From the IMG/VR virus record IMGVR_UViG_3300015203_000015, positions 1-46,383 of that record: 46,383 nucleotides of DNA; one strand, 5' to 3'. A model generated the notes under the pieces. It was not told the origin of the DNA, ran no database searches, and saw nothing but the letters and a program-made list of their open reading frames with translations. Positions within the stretch are counted from its first letter, which is position 1. Each line of letters begins with the position of its first letter. Position numbers and translations under genes: made by a program. Below, in pieces: positions 38,638 through 45,822 of the stretch. This DNA comes from a virus. Taxonomy: Duplodnaviria; Caudoviricetes.

Positions 38638-40425
38638 ATGGCCAAATCTCCCGACAGCCGCCGGATCGCCGACCTAGAGCGCCAGCTCGCCGCACTGACG
38701 ATCGAGCTGCGCCAAAGCGCTTTGCAGGCGGCGCGCGGTGAGGTGCCGCAGGCGGTCCGCCTGGCGAAGACCGTGGCGCCGCCAGAGGATACATATCCAT
38801 CGGCGTCGACCACGCCCAACACTTATCCGATCGTGTTTCTAAATGGCACGTTCGATCAAGAGCCCGGTAATCAGTCGCCGACGTTCGTCGAGCGCCAGAG
38901 CGAAGCCTGCACCGTCGCCCAGAACGTCTCGCAGAATCAATACTTTTATGTTCCCGAAAACACGATCGTCGCCGTCTGGAAGCAGCGCGGGCGATGGCGG
39001 TTTGACTACTCGCTGGCGAACATTTCACCGGTCACGCTCGGCAGCACATTGGCCGACGGGGCGAGCGTGAGCGTGACCCTGGTCGACGGCCGAACGGTGA
39101 CCGCGACCAATTCCAGCGGCCAGAGCCTGTCGGCCGGCCATGCGCTCGCCGCGCAAGGGCTCGACGCCAATTGGTATCTGACCGGCGCCGGAAGTGGTGG
39201 CGGAGGCGGCGGTTCCACCAGCATTATGCATGGCATCGTTTCTGCGGCGGCGGCAATTCTCCCTGGCGCAGCCGGCAACGTGACAACCGGATCAGGCGTC
39301 GTTTCGGCCACCAATCAGTCTGACGTGTCGATGTTTCCTGGTGATCTAGTCACGGTCTACGAAGAATCGTCGACCTGGTACGCGATCAACTACGGGATCG
39401 AGATGTATCCGATAAGTGGTGGCTGTCCATCCCCTGGAGTCGCGCAGGGAGCAAACATCACTGTGACTCTGCCGGATGGTCGCAGCGTCTCAGCTTTAAA
39501 CACCGCAAGCCACACCATCGTCACAACGGCCCCGATCCACGTTTATCTAAACCGATTCACCGGGGGTTGGATCGTTATTCCAGCCGACACCATCGTGCCG
39601 CGGATTTTCAAGGCGTTGATCAACGACGCCACTGGAATGGATCCTGCCGACACGAATGGCACCATCGATAACATCATCATGTTCGATCAGGGGCCTGTGC
39701 CGCAGGTGACCGGAAAAAACATCTCAGTTATCGACAATCCCCTGAAGCTCTCCGCAAACGACAATGACGTCGTGATCGTTCAGCAGGATCTAACTGGCTC
39801 ACTTTCGCCTCTTGGGTGGTTTGCGTTAGCGGTCATGGGTAAGTTTCGACGGCGAGTCAAAGGTCTCATCAACAATGGCGCCGGCCTGCTGGCTTCCGAT
39901 GCCAATGCAACCATAGATACGATCACGACGTTCGATGGCTCGACTGCCCCAACGATCACGACGGCGGCCAACTTTCTGGGATTCTCCGGGAAAGACAACG
40001 ACATTGTGATTCTGGAAGAAGTAGTAACGGCAAGTCCTACAACCTGGTTTGTAGCACACATTCAGTCCGACGTCGGCGTTACGAAAATCTACAAAGCACT
40101 TTTGAATGGTGGACTCGCAAGCGCGACTACTCCTGCGACGATTGACACGGTGAAAACGCTGGCTGGCGGGACTGGTCCGACTGTTACGAGCGCCGAGAAC
40201 TATCTTGGCTGGGCCGGCGCGGACAATGACCCGTGTTTGATTCTCGATGATGGAAGCGGTGCCTACGTTCTGTTGTCGGTCAAGTGGAGCGTCGTCACTA
40301 CCGTCACAGACTCGCTGATTGACGCCGCTAACATGAAGATCCAGAAGAAGACGACGGACGTCCTGACCAAGCCGAACGCGGCTCAGTCTGGCGCGACGGA
40401 CATCGACACTGGCCAGAGCTGCTAA
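38638..40425 (+). CDS. tail fibre / receptor-binding protein with internal repeats
   Basis: N-terminal coiled coil, Gly linker, two sets of three internal repeats; lower GC in the 3' two-thirds. Confidence 0.65.
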   Translation: MAKSPDSRRIADLERQLAALTIELRQSALQAARGEVPQAVRLAKTVAPPEDTYPSASTTPNTYPIVFLNGTFDQEPGNQSPTFVERQSEACTVAQNVSQNQYFYVPENTIVAVWKQRGRWRFDYSLANISPVTLGSTLADGASVSVTLVDGRTVTATNSSGQSLSAGHALAAQGLDANWYLTGAGSGGGGGGSTSIMHGIVSAAAAILPGAAGNVTTGSGVVSATNQSDVSMFPGDLVTVYEESSTWYAINYGIEMYPISGGCPSPGVAQGANITVTLPDGRSVSALNTASHTIVTTAPIHVYLNRFTGGWIVIPADTIVPRIFKALINDATGMDPADTNGTIDNIIMFDQGPVPQVTGKNISVIDNPLKLSANDNDVVIVQQDLTGSLSPLGWFALAVMGKFRRRVKGLINNGAGLLASDANATIDTITTFDGSTAPTITTAANFLGFSGKDNDIVILEEVVTASPTTWFVAHIQSDVGVTKIYKALLNGGLASATTPATIDTVKTLAGGTGPTVTSAENYLGWAGADNDPCLILDDGSGAYVLLSVKWSVVTTVTDSLIDAANMKIQKKTTDVLTKPNAAQSGATDIDTGQSC

Positions 40426-40428
40426 GCC

Positions 40429-40977
40429 ATGACCAATCACATTCGCTGGAAGCCGGGCTCGCCCAACCACATCCTTTGGACGAACACGAGCCCGAGGCAT
40501 ATTAGCTGGGGATGCCCAGCGCCAACACTTTGCGACTTGCCGGGATTTACGCCAACGACGCAAGTTGCGGATGGCACATCGGCGACAGTAATAATCAGTG
40601 GCATTACGAGTGCCGACCCTTTTTATCAGGTTTGCCCCTGCGAGTTTTACTGCGGCACCATTTCATTGCCAAAGACGGGTTGCGGGAACTACCAATTGTT
40701 TTCGGCGGGTTGCGGAAGTACGCACGGCGTAACCGCACCGTTCTGGGGTTTATCAATTGTCCCGTCCGGTTCGGATTTCGTTTGGGCCGCGACCGTGCAA
40801 ACAAACGGCCTGGCTACAGCTTTCGAGGGGGCACAGTGGCGAAGCCCTCCGCTTCCCCTTATTGGTGGCACGTATTACGATGCTAGAGGTACGTTTAGCC
40901 TCACCCTGTTTTCAAGTGCAAGCGTCTTTTACGGTTGCACGTTTTCAGCGGCCACCGTTTCAGCTACCGTTGCTTAA
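40429..40977 (+). CDS. Cys-rich tail-associated protein
   Basis: Follows the fibre gene; lower GC. Confidence 0.6.
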   Translation: MTNHIRWKPGSPNHILWTNTSPRHISWGCPAPTLCDLPGFTPTTQVADGTSATVIISGITSADPFYQVCPCEFYCGTISLPKTGCGNYQLFSAGCGSTHGVTAPFWGLSIVPSGSDFVWAATVQTNGLATAFEGAQWRSPPLPLIGGTYYDARGTFSLTLFSSASVFYGCTFSAATVSATVA

Positions 40978-41292
40978 ATGCTCTGCGAGTTCAAAACCGA
41001 GCAGACCGCCAACGGCTTTCGGCAGTATTGCCCTAAATGCGGCCACGCGGCGACGACGAGCACCGAACGATATTTGCGTAATTGCGAAATTGAGGGGCCA
41101 CCAAAGCCCGGACTCGGCGACTTATCCGCCTACGCTCTGGCCCATCTTGGGATCACGAAAGAGAAGTTCGCCGAGTGGATGGGCAAGGATGGCGATTGCA
41201 GCAGTTGTGCAAAGCGGCAAGAAAAGCTGAATCGCTTCGGGCGCTATCTGGCGAAGAGGGCCGAAAAACTGGGGATCACGCTGCCGTTTTAG
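40978..41292 (+). CDS. Cys-rich small protein
   Basis: CPKC, GLGD..A..L..LGIT, C.SC.KRQEKLN pattern seen at tail-module ends. Confidence 0.65.
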   Translation: MLCEFKTEQTANGFRQYCPKCGHAATTSTERYLRNCEIEGPPKPGLGDLSAYALAHLGITKEKFAEWMGKDGDCSSCAKRQEKLNRFGRYLAKRAEKLGITLPF

Positions 41293-41345
41293 ATCGCGTT
41301 CAAAACGCGCGTGATAATTTGACACGCGGCCGGCCGTTCGGGACG

Positions 41346-41855
41346 ATGGAGCCCATGGCCACGCCCCACGAGCACGATGAACCGATTGATCTGACCTCGC
41401 CGCCGGTCCCTCCGCCCGTGATCGCTTCCAAACGGGCCGCTCCGCCAATTGCCCCGGCCGCGCAGGCCACTTTGGCCAAGGCAACGCGCAACCAGGCCAG
41501 CGCTGCGGCGACATCGCAAGCGGCAGCGATCGCCAACCTGTCTCTCGGCCCCTGCGACGAATGCGGCAAACCGATCTCCCGGCGAGCTCGTCAGTGCCCG
41601 CACTGCGGCGCGCCCGCGGCCTATTGCCGCCAGGCCCACTACGTCGAAGCGGTCGGCTCCTTCGTCGTGAGGCCGTCTGCGTTTGGCCATGTCGTCGCCA
41701 GCCTCGCGGCCTTCGGGCTGCTCATCGCGGTGACTGGCGGAGCTGGGCCGGGGCATGAGCCCAGCCTAGTTGCCGTAGTGATCTGCCTGGGACTGATGAT
41801 CTGGGGCCGCATTCCGCGCGAGATCATCCATCGCGCGCCGGCCGACGACGAGTAG
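41346..41855 (+). CDS. zinc-ribbon membrane protein (possible superinfection exclusion)
   Basis: CDECGKPISRRARQCPHCGAP plus two TM segments; TTGACA at 41319-41324 with GACGAT 17 bp downstream; start may be 41355. Confidence 0.65.
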   Translation: MEPMATPHEHDEPIDLTSPPVPPPVIASKRAAPPIAPAAQATLAKATRNQASAAATSQAAAIANLSLGPCDECGKPISRRARQCPHCGAPAAYCRQAHYVEAVGSFVVRPSAFGHVVASLAAFGLLIAVTGGAGPGHEPSLVAVVICLGLMIWGRIPREIIHRAPADDE

Positions 41856-42025
41856 CATCTCGCCTTCGCCATCAGCTGCTAGCTGCTGCTCACCGCCCTT
41901 TGGATCAATCGCTCCATGCGCTAAGGTTGAGGGCGTCGTTCCTGCCTGGATCCGGACCTCGCGAGCGCAATTAAGTCTTAATCAACAAGACGACGGACCG
42001 CCCGCCAAAAAACTTGTTGGTTCTC

Positions 42026-42071
42026 CGGTCTTCGGAACCGAGGGTTACAGGTTCGAATCCTGTCGGGCGTA
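42026..42071 (+). mobile_element. attP core: 3' half of tRNA-Arg(TCG)
   Basis: CGGT-CTTCGGA-ACCGA anticodon arm, GGGTT, ACAGG-TTCGAAT-CCTGT T arm, CGGGCGT-A acceptor strand; no 5' tRNA half upstream. Confidence 0.85.
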
Positions 42072-42184
42072 GTTTGCCGTTTCGAGTGAACGAGTTGCGC
42101 GGCCAAGCGCATCGGTCAAGTAGACCGAGGCTGTTAAACCGCGCAGCGCACATAGGAGCAGGCAAAGAAATACACGGATAAGTT

Positions 42185-42289
42185 GGCTGCGGCACGCCCT
42201 CTCCTTTTTGCTTCGCTAGTTTTGGGGAGAGGGATGCGGCCCTTCCAATGAAGCCCCGCCCGGAGTTATTCACCGGGCGGGCATTTTTT
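42185..42289 (+). ncRNA. candidate antisense small RNA (two hairpins, intrinsic terminator)
   Basis: Hairpin 1 (CCCTCTCC/GGAGAGGG, loop containing CTTCGCTAGTTTTG) and hairpin 2 (CCCGCCCGG/CCGGGCGGG, loop AGTTATTCA) followed by ATTTTTT; both loops are complementary to 43048-43079. Confidence 0.6.
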
Positions 42290-42316
42290 ACAAACGCCAA
42301 GGAAGGAAGAATCGCT

Positions 42317-42583
42317 ATGCCGCGCTGGATCGAGTTTAGGACAACGAACGAAGGACCGGTGAAGGTCGAACGGGATGCCTGCGTTTCCATCGAGCTGACG
42401 ATGCAAGGAGGCCTCGTCGTTGGCCTCACGAGCGGTGTGAAGTTCCGGGTTCATCCAGACGACGCTCTGCACGTCATCACGGAAACTTGCGGACCTTTCA
42501 AAGATTATCCAACGCTGACTTCACCGAAACCGGCGCCAGCTCCGCGCCCTGGTCTGAAGGATTTAGACGCCGGCGACGGCTGA
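42317..42583 (+). CDS. small beta-rich protein (FlbD/LytTR-like pattern)
   Basis: AAGGAAGG RBS; WIEF....G.V.V....VSIE......V.LTSG.KF.V pattern. Confidence 0.6.
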   Translation: MPRWIEFRTTNEGPVKVERDACVSIELTMQGGLVVGLTSGVKFRVHPDDALHVITETCGPFKDYPTLTSPKPAPAPRPGLKDLDAGDG

Positions 42584-42589
42584 TAAGCT

Positions 42590-42892
42590 TCACTTCTTTC
42601 CCGGTTTTCCGGGTCGAATCGGAGCTTTTTTCTGCGCTCGCTTATAGCGTTTCAAAGCCATGGCGATGTGCGGCTCATCCTCACCCCAGGTAACTGCGTC
42701 TCCCGGGAAAAGAAGCCGGCGAAGACGCAAAAACTCTTTGGTAGAGACGACCACGCTGGGACCGCTGCCCAGAAATATCCTGTAGCCGTCTTCGCCACAG
42801 GTGAGCGCCCGCAGATTGCTGGCGCGCGTGAGGATTTCCGAGACGCCATGAACCGCGGGGTTCTCGGCCTGAATGCGAATGAAAAGATCCAT
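42590..42892 (-). CDS. small protein; the only clear minus-strand gene
   Basis: GAGGAGG RBS on the minus strand before ATG at 42892; converges on 42317-42583 with a 6-nt gap. Confidence 0.65.
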   Translation of the reverse strand: MDLFIRIQAENPAVHGVSEILTRASNLRALTCGEDGYRIFLGSGPSVVVSTKEFLRLRRLLFPGDAVTWGEDEPHIAMALKRYKRAQKKAPIRPGKPGKK

Positions 42893-42919
42893 GCAGTCCT
42901 CCTCGGGTGGATGGTGCAG

Positions 42920-42964
42920 CGGTCTTCGGAACCGTGGGCTGTTGGTTCGAATCCCATCTGCTGT
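42920..42964 (+). pseudogene. second, degenerate tRNA-Arg(TCG) 3' half / secondary att core
   Basis: CGGTCTTCGGAACCG identical to 42026-42040, followed by a GTTGG-TTCGAAT-CCCAT T-arm with mismatches. Confidence 0.7.
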
Positions 42965-42997
42965 TCTCTTGTAGTTGAAAATCTTTTCCGCGCACAG

Positions 42998-43026
42998 TTG
43001 ACAATTCTGGCGCGACGGCACATATT
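42998..43026 (+). promoter_or_regulatory. sigma70 promoter of the early operon
   Basis: TTGACA (42998-43003), 17 bp spacer, CATATT (43021-43026). Confidence 0.7.
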
Positions 43027-43032
43027 GCTCAC

Positions 43033-43515
43033 CGTTGCCGCAGGGCCTGAATAACCCCGCGACGACAAAACTAGCGAAGTCTCTTTTCGAAACGACCTAC
43101 CGATTCGGCTGTGGCCGGCCGAATCTTCTGGAGCCCAACTTGGTGCTCGGGCCGCTTCGATCAGCCCTTCGCGTTAGCGAGCGTTGATCGTTACAGCCGC
43201 TTTTTCCGCTAGTTATAGCGGTGCGGCCTTTGGCATCCGACTGGTTGGGCGCAACACGCGTCCCGGTTTTTTCGCGCGTACGCCTGCGCGTCGAACGAGC
43301 CGGAGCTTGGGCCGCCGCGCGGAGGTGACAGACATCGTCGCCTCCGCCGGCCGCCAGCGTGCGTGCGCGTGGATTCTCTGCGATGATGCTTTTTGCGCTG
43401 AGGATGGCTAGGACAGCGGCGCGCGTTACCGATTTGCCACGAGCGCCAAGGCTGCTCGGACGGATTCTGGAACGGAGAGCCGCCGCGTGCGCGCCAACCT
43501 TCTGGAGCTCTTCCG
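43033..43515 (+). ncRNA. long structured leader with antisense target sites and GGA cluster
   Basis: No convincing ORF; several stems; target loop TGAATAAC and CAAAACTAGCGAAG; 10 GGA triplets in 43302-43506. Confidence 0.55.
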
Positions 43516-44670
43516 ATGGCTTTTACCAAGCCCCCCTCGTTTCTTCCCGACGCCCGCAACTCTGGGCCTTCGCTGCGCCTGTTCGACGACGCCGCCGCAT
43601 CTCAGGACGACGGCTCGCCCTTCGACGGCGAGCTCTCCGGCAACATGACGCTGCCACAATTCGTCGAAGAATGGTTCATCCCGGTGCTGCTCGTCGGCGA
43701 TGGCAAAAAAGCCTCGACGGTCACGCTCTACCGAGAGCTGGTCGACTGGTGGCTGCGCCTAACAACCAATCCGCCTGTCAACCGGATCAACGACCGCACG
43801 ATCGCCGACTTCAAAACGCATCTCGGCGAGGCCACGTATCGCCGCGGCCGGACCGGCCCCGAACGAAAACTGGCGCCGGCAACCCGCTCCAAGCACCTGG
43901 CCCATTTGCGGGCCATCCTGCACCGGCTCGGCCCGACGATCGATCGCAAGCGGCCGGGCAAAAACCTCGTCGCCGACGTGCCCTATCTCACGGTCACGAA
44001 ATCGAAGACCAGGCCCAAGCGGGCTTTCGCGATCGACGAGGCGCTCAGGATCGTGGGCGCCACGAGGCTGATGCCATTGCCGCGGTACCGGCGCCTCTGG
44101 AAGGTCGCGCCTCCCGATCTGTGGTTCGGCTTCATCATGATCCTGTTCTACACGGGCCTGCGGACCGGGACCGTGCTCAAGTTGCGGTGGGACATGATCG
44201 CCGACCAATCCAGCGACGGACAGCCGGGCGTGGATGGTGGCCGCTGGCTGATCGTGCCAGGCTCGATCGTCGACAAGACCTCGAAGCCGCTGGACAAGTT
44301 TTTTCATCCGGCCGCGCATGCCGCGATCGAGCGGCTGCGTGGCAACTGCCAGCCGGGCGATCTGATTATCCCGTGGCCCCATTGGCGGCGGCACATCAAC
44401 GATCGGCACGAATATTTGCAGCGGCTGGCCGGTCTCGACGAATCGACCTGGCTCAGCCCGCAAGCCTGGCGGCGCAGCCACGGCAAGGAAATGGCCCGCG
44501 TCGGTGCGAAGCGTGGGATCGAGATCGCTCAGCACGCGCTCGATCATGCGGACGAACGCACCACGCGCGAGAGCTACGTCCACATCGAGCCGGAACTGAT
44601 CTTGCAGTTACCGTGCATCGACCTGCTGCTCAAGAGCCTGGAAGGCGAGCGGCAGCTCGAACTGTTTTAG
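43516..44670 (+). CDS. int: tyrosine recombinase / integrase
   Basis: SAM-like N-terminal domain; FYTGLR (R), DKTS (K), SPQAWRR (HxxR variant), LDHAD (H), TRESY (Y). Confidence 0.9.
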   Translation: MAFTKPPSFLPDARNSGPSLRLFDDAAASQDDGSPFDGELSGNMTLPQFVEEWFIPVLLVGDGKKASTVTLYRELVDWWLRLTTNPPVNRINDRTIADFKTHLGEATYRRGRTGPERKLAPATRSKHLAHLRAILHRLGPTIDRKRPGKNLVADVPYLTVTKSKTRPKRAFAIDEALRIVGATRLMPLPRYRRLWKVAPPDLWFGFIMILFYTGLRTGTVLKLRWDMIADQSSDGQPGVDGGRWLIVPGSIVDKTSKPLDKFFHPAAHAAIERLRGNCQPGDLIIPWPHWRRHINDRHEYLQRLAGLDESTWLSPQAWRRSHGKEMARVGAKRGIEIAQHALDHADERTTRESYVHIEPELILQLPCIDLLLKSLEGERQLELF

Positions 44671-44766
44671 AAGCTAGGTTCGACCGAGCGCTGGCGACTC
44701 TGGGCACGCACATCGTCCGGGTCGCCGGCGCTTGGCCATCTCTGTCGTCGTGCCATCGCGCCGACC

Positions 44767-44838
44767 AGCGGGGTAGCTCAGCGGAAGAGCACCGGGCTCA
44801 TAACCCGGAGGCCGGGCGTTCGAATCGCCTCCCAGCCA
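44767..44838 (+). tRNA. tRNA-Met(CAT), initiator-like anticodon stem, no encoded CCA
   Basis: AGCGGGG-TA-GCTC/GAGC D arm; CCGGG-CTCATAA-CCCGG; GGGCG-TTCGAAT-CGCCT; CCCAGCC-A. Confidence 0.8.
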
Positions 44839-44959
44839 TGCGACTAAGTGTTTTCGCCGCTCGGGCGATGCGGCCACTTTCATCCCTCGAACCCAGAAAG
44901 GAATCTCCCAACGACGCGACCGCCGTCGATGTTCATCACCCGAAATTGTCAGGTAAGTA

Positions 44960-45011
44960 TCCGCTCGCCGTCGTGCTCTTCGCCCAGGCACGACGCGCGA
45001 GCGGTTTTTTT
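44960..45011 (+). terminator. intrinsic terminator after int/tRNA
   Basis: CCGCTCGCCGTCGTGC...GCACGACGCGCGAGCGG stem followed by T7. Confidence 0.7.
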
Positions 45012-45031
45012 GCGCACCCGGAGGCAGTCCG

Positions 45032-45337
45032 GTGACTGATAGCCGTTATCAATGCCGCCTGTGCCATTTCGAGCCGCTTCCCGGGCCGCTCGCCGCGTGT
45101 CATTTGCTCGAACACCTGATCGGCGAGCATGGCATCGACATCTACCCGGCCTACACCTACTGCTTGGATTTGATTTACCCGGAGGAAGCGGCCAATCGGC
45201 CGGTCCCCGCTAACCACGGTCCTGAAAGGATTCTTTATGAGTTGGAGTATCTCGCTGATCGGCAGACCCGACAAGATCGCCGCGGCCCTGCAGGAACAAA
45301 GCGGCAAATTGACGGGCCAATCGAAGCTCGAATTTGA
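45032..45337 (+). CDS. C2H2-type zinc-finger-like protein
   Basis: CRLC...EHLIGEH; GGAGG RBS; 3' end overlaps the next ORF by ~100 nt. Confidence 0.45.
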   Translation: MTDSRYQCRLCHFEPLPGPLAACHLLEHLIGEHGIDIYPAYTYCLDLIYPEEAANRPVPANHGPERILYELEYLADRQTRQDRRGPAGTKRQIDGPIEARI

Positions 45338-45518
45338 CGATGCCCTGCCGCATCTCACGGCCCTCGTCGGCCAGAACTTCGCCGTCGATGGCAACGGCTA
45401 CCTATTGCCGCTGGTCAAGCTCGAAGCCTCCGGCTCGGGAACTGCCAAGGGCGAGCAGCAAGTTGTCAGGTCGTGCACTGTGAAGGTTGAGCCGATCTAT
45501 GCCAATTACCTGGTGTAA
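45237..45518 (+). CDS. hypothetical protein
   Basis: AAAGGA RBS; MSWSISLIG...LEASGSG pattern; good codon bias. Confidence 0.7.
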   Translation: MSWSISLIGRPDKIAAALQEQSGKLTGQSKLEFDDALPHLTALVGQNFAVDGNGYLLPLVKLEASGSGTAKGEQQVVRSCTVKVEPIYANYLV

Positions 45519-45520
45519 CC

Positions 45521-45781
45521 ATGAAGGAGCTTCCCGTCGCGATCGGCGCGATGTTGCCCAATGACGAGGCAGGCCTGGCCGGCGTGCTCGTGACGATTCG
45601 CGTCACGGTGCCGCAGGCTCGCAAGCTGCTGCGGTGCGCGCGGTTCTTTGGTCGCACGCCCGAGGCGGGCGCCTTCTGGGTGCTCGCTGAAGTCGTCGAG
45701 CGAACGCTGCGCGAGGCGGGAGTTTCACTGGAAGGATTGGAAGAGCCTCCGGCGGCCGGCGAGCTGCCGGAGGCGGTTTAA
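45521..45781 (+). CDS. possible ribbon-helix-helix DNA-binding protein
   Basis: VTIRVTVPQARKLLRCARFFGRTPE beta-alpha-alpha pattern. Confidence 0.45.
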   Translation: MKELPVAIGAMLPNDEAGLAGVLVTIRVTVPQARKLLRCARFFGRTPEAGAFWVLAEVVERTLREAGVSLEGLEEPPAAGELPEAV

Positions 45782-45822
45782 GCGTTTTGATTTTTCCGAG
45801 TTTCTCAAGAAAGGATTCCAAA

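Noticed and set aside
33540-40977. Diversity-generating retroelement or invertible tail-fibre cassette
   Set aside because: No reverse transcriptase, no TR/VR nucleotide repeat pair and no serine invertase seen; fibre repeats are diverged at protein level only.
42026-42071. Complete tRNA-Arg gene
   Set aside because: Acceptor 5' strand and D arm are missing; only the 3' half is present, as expected for attP.
42892-42964. Full-length second tRNA-Arg
   Set aside because: Acceptor, D and T stems pair poorly, and the 5' part is explained by the RBS of the minus-strand gene.
43359-45035. 558-aa plus-strand ORF overlapping the integrase
   Set aside because: Arg/Ala/Pro-rich off-frame translation that also spans the tRNA and terminator; the integrase frame carries the catalytic motifs.
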